Shown here: positions 17,456-27,307 of the stretch, piece by piece
How positions within the stretch are numbered: the stretch's first letter is position 1
How the letters are laid out: each line of letters begins with the position of its first letter
NCBI GenBank assembly: GCA_044236265.1
Contig: JBIIGV010000008.1
Span: forward strand, 1-45,476
Direction of reading: 5' to 3'
Length of the DNA stretch: 45,476 bases
Origin: Oligoflexales bacterium
GTDB lineage: Bacteria > Bdellovibrionota_B > Oligoflexia > Oligoflexales > RGVZ01
Program-made: the position numbers and the translations under genes
Notes under the pieces: model-generated
What the model was told of the DNA's origin: nothing
The model's database searches: none
The model's input: the letters and a program-made list of their open reading frames with translations, nothing else

Positions 17456-18265
17456 TTATTTTGTTGGCAAAACAGCGCGTCCAGGGCTTCCCATGACGTG
17501 GTAACCGCAGTCCACGTGGAGGGTTTCCCCCGTCGTACCCGATGCAAGATCACTTAATAAGAAGCCCGTCGATCGTCCAACCTCTTCTGCGCTGATGTTG
17601 CGACCCATAGGAGCAATTGATTCATACATCGTGAGCATGTCGCTCGCACCAACAGCAGATGATGCCAAAGTTTTAACCGGACCTGCACTCACAGCGTTCA
17701 CGCGAATACCTTTTGGTCCCAAATCCCACGCGAGATATTTCGTCGCAGACTCAAGAGCGGCTTTGCAAAGGCCCATCAAGTTGTAACCACCAACAACGCG
17801 CTCACCACCGTAGTACGTCATCGTGGCCATCGCTCCGCCGCGTTCCATTAAAGGAGCAGCAGCGCGTGCGCAAGCAATGAAACTGTAACAACTAATATCC
17901 ATAGCATTGAGAAAGCCGGCGCGACTTGCATCGATGGTCGCACACTTGATGTCATCCATCGGAGCATAAGCGATTGAGTGGACTAAGAAGTCAATGACTC
18001 CAAAATGAGCACGAACCTCTTCGAAAAAGCGCGTGATGTCTGCATCACTGCTAACATCACAAGGTTTTAGAAATTGAATGCCGAGTGGTTCAGCAACTCG
18101 CATCACGCGGCGCAGCATCTTCGGCGGGCCATCAGCTTTGTCTGGAAGATGACTAAGGCCAATTTCAGCACCTTCTTTGTGCAAAAATTCAGCAACCCCT
18201 GCTGCTAGAGAGTGCTCATTGGCAACTCCCATGATAATGCCCTTCTTGCCTGTAAAGAGTCCCAT
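17456..18265 (-). CDS. fabI: Enoyl-ACP reductase FabI
   Basis: GKKGIIMGVANEHSLA, LVHSIAYA, MDISCYSF, YNLMGLCKAALE, ISAG-type VSAGPVKTLA; GGAGG RBS supports ATG at 18265. Confidence 0.93.
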   Translation of the reverse strand: MGLFTGKKGIIMGVANEHSLAAGVAEFLHKEGAEIGLSHLPDKADGPPKMLRRVMRVAEPLGIQFLKPCDVSSDADITRFFEEVRAHFGVIDFLVHSIAYAPMDDIKCATIDASRAGFLNAMDISCYSFIACARAAAPLMERGGAMATMTYYGGERVVGGYNLMGLCKAALESATKYLAWDLGPKGIRVNAVSAGPVKTLASSAVGASDMLTMYESIAPMGRNISAEEVGRSTGFLLSDLASGTTGETLHVDCGYHVMGSPGRAVLPTK

Positions 18266-18437
18266 CGTTTGGACCTCCGGAAAAGTTAATGCTCTGTTCG
18301 ACGAATTTGAAGCTAATACCCTAGCGGAAGGTTTTGCTTCCGACAACGCTAAACCTTCATTTTAACGCCTCTAAGGTCGTCATGCAGGACGCGCTGCTTA
18401 GAAATTAAACTCGCGCGTTATCGCCAGAGTTTCATCA

Positions 18438-19646
18438 TTAGTTTGCTCTCGTCAGGAAAAGTGCAAGCATGGGGTATCTTGTTTTTAGAACTGATTTTGG
18501 AGACTCGGTGATGATTGAGTCAAAGTAAGCTAGCCCGACTCCAAAGCGCATACCTTTTGGCGGACCCATTATAATCGCTATCGAGCCTGCTTTTGTTTTA
18601 TTGAGGGACTGGGTTGACGCGGAGACTGATTTTTTAACATCGTAATCATAAGATAGTAGGTATCCAAAGCTTGAGAACTGTTGTCCGACGTCCCATGAAA
18701 CCCCGAAAGATGATTTTTTTTCCGCGGATTCAAAATCGTCCTCATCTGTTTGATTAAGAGTAAATCCAGTAAACAGCGTTTCGGTAACACCTAGTCGCAA
18801 CGGTAAGTCGATGGAGCGTGAAAGTTCGTTTTTATCAGATTCAATTTCGTATTCGAGCCCCGCGCGGCTTGTGTTGCTGATAACCTCAAACGCGAACACC
18901 TGCGATGTGGTTTCCTTTCGCTCGGTTTCGGTGGTGTCGCTTACAGTCGTTCCATTAAAGGAGGTTTTTGTTTCCGTTTTATTAAATGAATTTCCCCATT
19001 TTGATCCGAAGCCAAACCAAAGACCAGGGCGCACCTGAGCGCTGACAAACGCACTGGTACTGGGGTTGTCGTCTTTCGTAGAAATACTAGCTTTAACGCC
19101 ACCGGAAGTGATGTCGCCTTTTCCAATCGAGCGTGTGACATCTGCGCTCACGCCATAGGCAAATTTCTTAGACGACGTCTTCGCTTGATAAGTTGAAGCT
19201 AGAGACGCAAATTGAGGTTTTGCATTATAAGAGATTTCGCTGTCATCAGAGGTTGATTTCAATGATACCGTGGCTTGTCCTAAAGTAGTTATCGCAGAAA
19301 CAAGACTGCTCTCATAAAACTCTCCTGGTGTTGCAGTGAGCCCTAAGTCAAACATCCAACCTGGTCCACGTATCGTTCCTTGGGTGGACACTTTGGAATC
19401 AGAAACTTTTTTGGGATCACGGCGACCTTTAGACGTCTCATCAGTCGCCATCTCACTATCGTTTGTGCTTGATGGTGGTGGCTCTTCTCCAATGTTTGTG
19501 GAGCCAGTTGGATCGGAGGGAGCGACCTCGGAGTTCGTGGCTGGAGCTTTGCTTTTTTTACTCCGTCGCTTGTCCGTTTTGGATTGCGCCAACGAAACTT
19601 CTGCAATCATCAAGGTTGCTAAAAATACTGTCAGTAAATTACGCAT
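18438..19646 (-). CDS. Secreted, beta-strand-rich hypothetical protein (probable outer-membrane barrel)
   Basis: GGAG RBS and signal ending SLA; disordered Ser/Thr/Lys-rich N-terminus, then amphipathic beta-strands. Confidence 0.55.
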   Translation of the reverse strand: MRNLLTVFLATLMIAEVSLAQSKTDKRRSKKSKAPATNSEVAPSDPTGSTNIGEEPPPSSTNDSEMATDETSKGRRDPKKVSDSKVSTQGTIRGPGWMFDLGLTATPGEFYESSLVSAITTLGQATVSLKSTSDDSEISYNAKPQFASLASTYQAKTSSKKFAYGVSADVTRSIGKGDITSGGVKASISTKDDNPSTSAFVSAQVRPGLWFGFGSKWGNSFNKTETKTSFNGTTVSDTTETERKETTSQVFAFEVISNTSRAGLEYEIESDKNELSRSIDLPLRLGVTETLFTGFTLNQTDEDDFESAEKKSSFGVSWDVGQQFSSFGYLLSYDYDVKKSVSASTQSLNKTKAGSIAIIMGPPKGMRFGVGLAYFDSIITESPKSVLKTRYPMLALFLTRAN

Positions 19647-19675
19647 TCTCAATCTCCATCCCAGATGATTCACGA

Positions 19676-22531
19676 TTAAAACAAAGCATCAAATCCAAAC
19701 GTCCAATAAGCTTGCCATGGCTCACTAATAACCTGACCAACACCTAACCCCACATTGAAATGAACGCCTTTATTATCCAGAAACAAATCGACGCTGTAAC
19801 CGTGCGCTCCAATTAAATCACTTGAATCTGGCCACTCGCGGTTGCGCCAGGCTGTCCCATGGTTATAGAAGCCCGACACATCGAGACGGTCCATGTAGAG
19901 AATGGAGATGAACTTATCTATGTCTTTCATTAATGGATAGGTCGCGAAAAATTTTGCCCGCGCTTGATTCTCGCCGTAGATTGGCGAAAAAAGTCCGTAG
20001 TCCTCGGTAAGTGCAAAATTTGTTTGGTTGTAGCCTGCGCCGGAGCCCGGGATTAAAGTCTTTAGTGGTGTATACATTTCCTGAAGGTCGCGTCTCTTAG
20101 GGCCGCGTGTACGGCTGCCGTCCAAGCCAAGCTCAAACTTCGCAGCGCCGACATACATACCTGCAGCTGAATTCAGGCTGACGATATCATAGTGATAGAC
20201 GTTGTTAACTGCAGGTGATGCAAATCTCGTTCTGAGACTACTGCTGGCATAGCCTGAGTCACCGATGTTGCCGGTAAGACTGAGTGATCCGTAGCCCTCA
20301 TTCAGATGACCAACGCGGCGTGCGCTGCCAATATAAGGTTTCAAATGGGATGTTTTTATTCCCCAGGAGTACTCGGCGGTTAGATTTTTCCACGATTGCG
20401 AGTAAACACCGTCAAGACGCCCTCCAGACTCCTCGAGGTAGCTCGAGTAAATCTGATTGTTAGATCGACTGCGATAGCGGCCATTATAAACTTGCGATCT
20501 AAAGGCCGAAGCTGACCAGGTGGGTGCAAAGCGATTCGTATAAATAGTCACATCCTGATAAGGAAAGCGGCTAGCAGCGCCGTATAGCATTGTGAGTCTG
20601 ACAGTCTCGTTTTGCAGTTCGTCCATCAACGGGACTGATATTACACCAATCTGTGGGCCAATCGGATCATCAGCGCCGATCCAGGGGAAAGCAAAAACAG
20701 GCCGTCCTCGCCAACGCGCCGGCTTTGATTTGGCCTTAGTCAAAGGCGAAGCCGCATTGTTTTGGCCTAGTATCGGGTTTTTAGGGTCATGTGTTTTCCC
20801 ATCAGACCAGATATCAGATGCCTTGACCGCCTCCGCAAGGGTGAGTGCTTTGCCCGCACGAATCGTTTCAAGTAGCGGAGAGGTTCGTTGTGATAGATTT
20901 TTGCAGGGTAATGGCGGCAGGCGTTTTGGATCTGGGGAAAATAGACCATATCCGTCCGCGGTGAAGAGAATCACATTTGGTCGCGCATCTGCTGACCCGA
21001 TAATGCGCACAGGATAATCAGCGATTTCAACCATTTCAGCGCAGCGATCATCGGCCTCAAGTTTAACAAGGTGGCGTAGGGAGCGGTCTGCCACCAGCAA
21101 CCATCGGCTATTTCCCGCATAGGCCATGCTAATGGGACGACCGCCTATGTTGCTTGTAAGTGTGCGTTCGACGCCACTTGCAAGTTGGACTTCGATCAAC
21201 TGATGCTGGTCTCCTGATATGAGCTCCTCATCTTTAGCGAGCCAAATGGCCGATGTTACATTTTCAGTCGGCTCGTTATGATGACCGAGAATGCGCAAAT
21301 GATGGGGCATCGTAGCCGTGAGTTTGCAGGTAATCGAGTCTGACTTAAATTTGTCGATCGGCGCTTTGCAAAGTCTTGATGATTGAGTGTTCGTCTCAAG
21401 CCACCAAACATCACTGTAGCTGATCCAAATTCCGTCGACGAAGGTTGATTTGTCACGCTTGATCCAGCGGGTTTTACTGCCCTCCGTTTTGAGGCCGATG
21501 CGCAATCTGCGATCGTTAGCACTCGCGTCATAGCTATTCACCCATGCGCGTAGTTGACCGCTTTTCGCCTCTAAGACTCCTACCACATCTTCCTTTGTGG
21601 ACTTTACTTCAAGCTTTCCATTTTCAAATGCAAAGAGCCAAGGGCTGCGCTTTAAGGCAGTTGTTTTTACACCTTGAGCTAAAGTTGGGGCCTTGACCTT
21701 ACTGGTCCAAAACTTCGTGGCCTCTGCCTTGTACTGTTCGTATAACTGACGCCCCTTTTCCTCGGTCAGGTGTTCCAGAGCATGGTCCATGGGTAGAAAG
21801 CCATTGAATGGTGTCAGTGCCCAAGGCCAGTACCAGGGCATCGATTTCGCCTTAAACTGTTCAAGAGCGCTTGCAAGTTTATTGGCGTCGTTAATGCGAA
21901 GAATCCAGGAAACAAATGCGCCGCTGGTCGCATAGCCGCGGTAATTAAATGGACCGCTCGTATAAAGACTGTGAATGCGATCCCAAGATGGCCATTGACC
22001 GGATAGAGCTTGGAAGCGCTCCACGCCTGCTTGCTCATCTGAGCCGATTGAAACACTGATCGCCTCCGCCAAGCCCTCCAGGAACCAAGCTTCCATCCAG
22101 GGCAGATGCAAAATTGCTCCTGCTGGACCAAACCAATTGTCCAGATGTCGATACATCATGGAATGTGTGTACTCATGCCAAGCTAGATCGCGCCCACCTT
22201 GACCAAGTGTCTGCAGCTCGATGGAGTCGGTGATGAAGTTTGCAAATGACGCATTATCACTTGCTGCCGACATATTGACGATGAGTGGTGTTTCGCGCTT
22301 TACAGATAGCCATCGCTCCAAGTGGGGCTTTGCTGCTTCCAGTGACTCGAGAGTTAGTCGTGCTTCGTCCGGTGTGCGACTATCGTGATAAATTCTGAAG
22401 TTATCTGACTCGAGCTCCATGAATTTCAGGTCGCCCTGATTGTAACCAAACCCTATTGGCAACGCAGTGGCAGACGTTGCGCGCATGAAAAATAGTAATA
22501 GAGTAAACGTCGTAATGAGACGGATAATCAC
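19676..22531 (-). CDS. Outer-membrane protein with N-terminal zinc metallopeptidase (MA clan) domain, propeller-like middle and C-terminal beta-barrel
   Basis: Signal peptide; HEYTH...WFLEGLAE; C-terminal strands ending YWTFGFDALF. Confidence 0.7.
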   Translation of the reverse strand: MIIRLITTFTLLLFFMRATSATALPIGFGYNQGDLKFMELESDNFRIYHDSRTPDEARLTLESLEAAKPHLERWLSVKRETPLIVNMSAASDNASFANFITDSIELQTLGQGGRDLAWHEYTHSMMYRHLDNWFGPAGAILHLPWMEAWFLEGLAEAISVSIGSDEQAGVERFQALSGQWPSWDRIHSLYTSGPFNYRGYATSGAFVSWILRINDANKLASALEQFKAKSMPWYWPWALTPFNGFLPMDHALEHLTEEKGRQLYEQYKAEATKFWTSKVKAPTLAQGVKTTALKRSPWLFAFENGKLEVKSTKEDVVGVLEAKSGQLRAWVNSYDASANDRRLRIGLKTEGSKTRWIKRDKSTFVDGIWISYSDVWWLETNTQSSRLCKAPIDKFKSDSITCKLTATMPHHLRILGHHNEPTENVTSAIWLAKDEELISGDQHQLIEVQLASGVERTLTSNIGGRPISMAYAGNSRWLLVADRSLRHLVKLEADDRCAEMVEIADYPVRIIGSADARPNVILFTADGYGLFSPDPKRLPPLPCKNLSQRTSPLLETIRAGKALTLAEAVKASDIWSDGKTHDPKNPILGQNNAASPLTKAKSKPARWRGRPVFAFPWIGADDPIGPQIGVISVPLMDELQNETVRLTMLYGAASRFPYQDVTIYTNRFAPTWSASAFRSQVYNGRYRSRSNNQIYSSYLEESGGRLDGVYSQSWKNLTAEYSWGIKTSHLKPYIGSARRVGHLNEGYGSLSLTGNIGDSGYASSSLRTRFASPAVNNVYHYDIVSLNSAAGMYVGAAKFELGLDGSRTRGPKRRDLQEMYTPLKTLIPGSGAGYNQTNFALTEDYGLFSPIYGENQARAKFFATYPLMKDIDKFISILYMDRLDVSGFYNHGTAWRNREWPDSSDLIGAHGYSVDLFLDNKGVHFNVGLGVGQVISEPWQAYWTFGFDALF

Positions 22532-22692
22532 GCGAGAGGTCCTGTGCGGTGGAAGTAATTTGTCTTTAAATTATATCACGTTAACTCCGCTTCAAGGAAA
22601 ATAAGTGGTGCGATATTAGTTTCTGCTAGGCAGCTTTTGCTTACTAATTTCTATAGATTTTTCGTCTCATCTGAGAGAGAAGGCGTGAGTGT

Positions 22693-23763
22693 TTGCAATC
22701 CCGACGAGGTATCCTGATGAAGTCCCTTGGGCTTTCATTTCCTTTTATGATCGCGCCCATGGTTGGTATCAGCCATGTTGCCTTCAGAGAGCTTGTTCGC
22801 TCATATACGCCCGTTGGTCTAAATGCCCTGCGTTTCACAGAGATGTTATCAACCCGCAAGCTTCCGAGTGAACGCTTACATACGACGAGAGAACTGAGAG
22901 TCTCTGATGGAGAGACGCACTTTGTTCCGCAATTGCTTGGTAATGAAGAGTCATTTATTGCGCCTAGTGTGAAAAAACTAATGCAGCTTTCACCTTGGGG
23001 CTTTGACATTAATATGGGATGTCCTCAAAGCCATGTGCTTCGCCACAATTGGGGGGTGCGCCTTATGGGTGATGCGTCCTATGCGGCAGATGTTGTGTCC
23101 ATGGTCAAGCGACATTCCCCTGTCCCCGTCAGCGTGAAACTAAGAGGTGGAGCTGACAAGGATCTCGATATCAAATATTTAAAAGATTTTACTCATGCAC
23201 TTGAATCGGCGGGTGCGGACTGGATTACGATTCACGCAAGACCAAGAGCCGCAAAGCATGAAGGTCCAGCGAATTGGAATATTGTCGGTGAAATCGCATC
23301 TGCGCGGAAAATTCCGGTCGTTGCTAATGGGGATATTCAAACGGCGCAAGACGCGCTAACCGTCATGCGAGAGTTTGGCTGTGCTGGGGCTATGATTGCC
23401 CGCGCAGCTACGGCCCGACCTTGGATTTTCTGGCAAATTGCCGAGGATCTTGGGCTGGATGTAAAACCTCCTGGACGAGAGTCAGAATTGGCTCCACGAA
23501 CTCCCGCAGAAGAGGCACAAGAGTTTTATCGAGCGTTTCTACGACTGATTGATCTTGTCGAGTTTTATTTCGGTGAAGGTGACGGGGTCGAAGAATACGG
23601 GTTGCAAAAGTTGAGATTTTTCGCGGCGACTGCGTCAAAGTGGTTTATGTTCGGGCATTCGTTTTGGAGACTCACGACGAAGTCAAAAACATTTGATGAG
23701 ATGCGCGAACGAGTCACACATTATGTAGCAACGACTGAGCAGTCGATGATCGACCGCGTTTAA
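22693..23763 (+). CDS. tRNA-dihydrouridine synthase (Dus family); start possibly 22717
   Basis: APMVG, PQLLG, DINMGCP, VSVKLR, TIHAR, ANGDI, MIARAA..PWIF. Confidence 0.92.
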   Translation: MQSRRGILMKSLGLSFPFMIAPMVGISHVAFRELVRSYTPVGLNALRFTEMLSTRKLPSERLHTTRELRVSDGETHFVPQLLGNEESFIAPSVKKLMQLSPWGFDINMGCPQSHVLRHNWGVRLMGDASYAADVVSMVKRHSPVPVSVKLRGGADKDLDIKYLKDFTHALESAGADWITIHARPRAAKHEGPANWNIVGEIASARKIPVVANGDIQTAQDALTVMREFGCAGAMIARAATARPWIFWQIAEDLGLDVKPPGRESELAPRTPAEEAQEFYRAFLRLIDLVEFYFGEGDGVEEYGLQKLRFFAATASKWFMFGHSFWRLTTKSKTFDEMRERVTHYVATTEQSMIDRV

Positions 23764-23772
23764 TTCTAATCC

Positions 23773-25227
23773 TCAGGACGGTTGAGGACTTAATATTTTG
23801 CCGTCTGGATAAATTTTATTGAGTGCGTTGAATGCAGCGATTCGATAGGCCTCAGCTAGAGTCGGATAGTTGAAGATCATGTTGATCAGGTCGTTGGCAA
23901 TGCCGTCTTTAAGCATGAAGGCAAGGCCAATATGAACAAGGTTTGCGGCGTCTTCTCCTACGATGTGAATCCCCAAAATTCGATGCGTTTTACGCTCAAC
24001 CAGAAGTTTGAGAATGCCGTGATGATCGCCTTTTATGTACCCACGTGCCAATTCATAATAGTAGGCACGGCCTACGACGTAATCGACACCCGATTCTTTA
24101 AGCTGCTCTTCGGTTGGGCCGACACTTGATAGCTCAGGGATGGTGTATACACCGATCGGGAAGTGTTTTGGAAACTCGCTTTTTATTGTAGCAAACGCAT
24201 GTAGAGCGCAAAACCTTCCTTGCTGTGCCGAGGTGGCGGCCAATGCTGGCGGTCCTATGACGTCTCCGGCAGCGTAAATATGAGGAACGCTTGTTTGGAA
24301 GGACTCATTGACGGCGATAATGCCGCGATCGTTGACCTTGATTCCAATTTTTTCCAGGCCCATGTTCTGTGAGTTCGAAATGCGCCCGGCGGCAAAAAAT
24401 AATACGTCGGTGTCAAGCTTGTCGTCGGAAAGGGTTATCGTGACGCGCGGGCCATCCAGTGAGACTTCTTTCAGTTCTTGTTTGAAGCGAATCTTGACCC
24501 CTAATTCAGTCATGGATTTTTCCAGTGACTTTACGACTTCGGCGTCGGACATCGCAAGTAATCGGTCTCGTCCATCGACAAGAACCGTCTCAACTCCCAG
24601 TGCCGCAAAAATACATGCATATTCGCAGCCGATGACCCCGGCGCCATAAATAACCATGTGCTTAGGTACTGACTCTAGAGACAAGACTTCATCGCTATCA
24701 ACGATTCTCCAACCGTCGAATGGAATGCTTGCTGGTCGACGGGGTCTTGAACCTGTGGCTACGACAAATACTTGGCCACGAATTCTCGATTCATTCCCCG
24801 CTTCATTGGTTATTTTGACATGATGTTCGTCGATGAATTCAGCGAATCCTTGAACGACTTCAATCTTGTTTTTTTGCAGGTAGCGACGCACCAATGTTTC
24901 TTCGTCAGCAGATACCTTGTGGGCTCTTTGGTAAAGTTTAGTCGTGCTTAGGTCGTTGATAACTCGCTCAACCCATTTGCCGCCAGCATGATGCTTGATT
25001 CCATGTATGGCGTCTAAGCTTTCGCGAATAGTTTTGGATGGGATAGTCCCCGTTTGAATCCAGGCCCCGCCAAGGTGATGTGACATTTTTTCAATGATGC
25101 AGACGGACTTTTTTAATTTTGCTGCCTGCATTGCCGCTTGGTATCCAGCGGGACCACTGCCGATAACGATTAAATCATATTGCAGTTTGGATGGCTTATT
25201 GGGTGTTGCGGTTGGCTCTGATTGCAT
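23773..25227 (-). CDS. sthA: Soluble pyridine nucleotide transhydrogenase
   Basis: GSGPAG, GTIPSKT, ATGSRP, YGAGVIGCEYA, YAAGDVIG.PALA, GVYTIPE.SSVG, FNYPTLAEAYRIAA.NALN. Confidence 0.88.
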   Translation of the reverse strand: MQSEPTATPNKPSKLQYDLIVIGSGPAGYQAAMQAAKLKKSVCIIEKMSHHLGGAWIQTGTIPSKTIRESLDAIHGIKHHAGGKWVERVINDLSTTKLYQRAHKVSADEETLVRRYLQKNKIEVVQGFAEFIDEHHVKITNEAGNESRIRGQVFVVATGSRPRRPASIPFDGWRIVDSDEVLSLESVPKHMVIYGAGVIGCEYACIFAALGVETVLVDGRDRLLAMSDAEVVKSLEKSMTELGVKIRFKQELKEVSLDGPRVTITLSDDKLDTDVLFFAAGRISNSQNMGLEKIGIKVNDRGIIAVNESFQTSVPHIYAAGDVIGPPALAATSAQQGRFCALHAFATIKSEFPKHFPIGVYTIPELSSVGPTEEQLKESGVDYVVGRAYYYELARGYIKGDHHGILKLLVERKTHRILGIHIVGEDAANLVHIGLAFMLKDGIANDLINMIFNYPTLAEAYRIAAFNALNKIYPDGKILSPQPS

Positions 25228-25367
25228 TGGATTTTTCGTTAAGCAACTTGAAGGGGAGTTTTTCTATTAGCCGTTTTACAGCTGAACTGTCACTTGCTAA
25301 ATTAGAGGCGTTATTTATGCAACTAAAACATGATGAAATTTGTGCCTCAGACCACCGGGGAGTTTAA

Positions 25368-25931
25368 ATGGACATTAGTTTAGCTATGGCCGGCATTTTA
25401 CCTTTGGTGGTTTTTGCCATTGTAGACATCTTTGCCGGTATGCGGACCGCCATCATTGCTGCCATAGTGATTGCATTGCTGGAGGCGGGTTGGAGTTGGT
25501 ACAAATTTGGCGAGGTGGACAACATCACATGGATTTCCATCGGTTTGATCGTTGTCATGGGATTGATCAGCTTGCGTATGAAAGACTCCCGCCTCTTCAA
25601 GTTTCAGCCCGTCGTTTTGGCTGGAGTGATGGTCGTAACCTTCGCCTGGTTTCAGTGGCACGGTAACCCCTTACTCGTTCAGATGATGCCGAAGGTGGCA
25701 ACCTTTTTTCCTCCGGAGCAGCAGGCGCTCATGTCGGACCAAAGAATGATCAATGCCATGGCACGCCTGGACTTGCTGATGGTCGGTGTGTTTTTACTAC
25801 ATGGTGCGCTTGTATCTTGGTCCGCATTGCGCAAAAGCACGATGCACTGGCTGATCATGAGGGGTGTAGGCATCTATGTTTTGATGATCTTAGCCGTCTT
25901 AATAAACTTTATGATTGCTCCACCCCAGTAG
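25368..25931 (+). CDS. Inner-membrane protein, YciB/IspZ-like
   Basis: 5-6 TM segments; LPLVVF and D..LFKFQP resemble YciB PL..FF and D..FIK.KP. Confidence 0.6.
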   Translation: MDISLAMAGILPLVVFAIVDIFAGMRTAIIAAIVIALLEAGWSWYKFGEVDNITWISIGLIVVMGLISLRMKDSRLFKFQPVVLAGVMVVTFAWFQWHGNPLLVQMMPKVATFFPPEQQALMSDQRMINAMARLDLLMVGVFLLHGALVSWSALRKSTMHWLIMRGVGIYVLMILAVLINFMIAPPQ

Positions 25932-26131
25932 ATTTGTCGACAAGGCTGAGCCTAGAGTCACAAGAAAAAATTGTGGTTGGTTGCGGCAAAAGTTGGCGCC
26001 CAATTACAGACGATGCTATTCTACTTTAATGTCCAATGAGGAAAATCGACTTTAGGATCTCCAGAACTGGAGTTTCCGGGCCATTTGCGATGTTGCTAGA
26101 CTAACTATGTAGCATCGAGTGAGGGGTTAAG

Positions 26132-27271
26132 ATGATGCAGCATGTGGGCGTCCCGACGAGCAGCACTTCAAATGCCGAACCAGCAGTCATTTCCGGTCAG
26201 GGTTTGCCGCAAACAAGCGGGGTTGAATTCCCCACGCAGATATTAAATCAGCGCCATCGTGCATGGGTTCAGGGTTTGCCGCCCCAGTGTGTTGCGCCAA
26301 CGCAGTCTCGGCCGCTAATTATCGCCGTCGGTGGCGGGAAAGGCGGTGTTGGGAAGAGTTTGCTGTCGGCTAATCTTGCGGCACGGCTGGCGCGCATGGG
26401 ATTGAAAGTGGCCGCCCTAGATTTGGACTGTGGCGGGGCTAATCTTCATACCTATTTCGGCATGAGTACCGTTCCTGCTCACCTAGGTGACTGGTTGGTG
26501 CACGGCAAGACCGACTTAGCAGGGGTTTTGACACCGACGACTGTTGATGGCCTTCACATAGCGTCATCTCAGCGGGATGACGTTTGGGCAGTAGCTGACT
26601 CATTGACCGGCAAAGGTTTAGGAGACCTCTGGACGGGTGTTACAGGTCTTGGGGACCTAGGATATCAAGTTGTTTTGCTTGATTTGGGTGCCGGAACCAG
26701 TCGCCAAACGATCGATCTCTTCTGCTGCGCTCATGCAGGAATCGTTACGGCACTTCCCGAGCCGACATCTGTAGAGAATGCCTATCTGTTTATGAGGACC
26801 GCGCTGATGCGTCTTTTGAGTCACTCAGCTCACAGATTAGGCATGGAGAGCGAAGGGGCATCGATTGTCTCTTTTTTAAACACTGATCAGGAAGGGTCTC
26901 CGACTAGGAGTTACACCGAGAAGTTGCGGCTGCTTTATCAGTCCAACCCTGCTACTGTTGGGGCCATAGCTTCCGTACTCTCTGGGCGTTTACTGGGAAT
27001 CATGGTCAATCAGACACGGTCTCAGGCTGACATCGATATTGGTAAAGCTATGGAGATGGCGGCACAAAGGTATTTTGGGTTCTCGGCGGCCTACTTAGGC
27101 TACCTGAATTACGACGAAGTTGCTTGGAAAAGCCTGCGTAACAAGAGATTGCTGCTCCTGGACTTTCCTCAGTCAGTCATCGTAAGGCGGTTAAGTGAAG
27201 CGACCAATGTTTTGCTGAAGCACTGTGGAATCACGGTTGGGCACGGAACCAGAATGGGTCTCACGTACTAA
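26132..27271 (+). CDS. MinD/FlhG-like P-loop ATPase
   Basis: Deviant Walker A GGKGGVGKS, DLD.GGANLH, LLDLGAG, PEPTS.ENAY, VNQ. Confidence 0.85.
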   Translation: MMQHVGVPTSSTSNAEPAVISGQGLPQTSGVEFPTQILNQRHRAWVQGLPPQCVAPTQSRPLIIAVGGGKGGVGKSLLSANLAARLARMGLKVAALDLDCGGANLHTYFGMSTVPAHLGDWLVHGKTDLAGVLTPTTVDGLHIASSQRDDVWAVADSLTGKGLGDLWTGVTGLGDLGYQVVLLDLGAGTSRQTIDLFCCAHAGIVTALPEPTSVENAYLFMRTALMRLLSHSAHRLGMESEGASIVSFLNTDQEGSPTRSYTEKLRLLYQSNPATVGAIASVLSGRLLGIMVNQTRSQADIDIGKAMEMAAQRYFGFSAAYLGYLNYDEVAWKSLRNKRLLLLDFPQSVIVRRLSEATNVLLKHCGITVGHGTRMGLTY

Positions 27272-27307
27272 GTTTTATCTATTCAGGTGAATGGGAGGAT
27301 CTTCATC

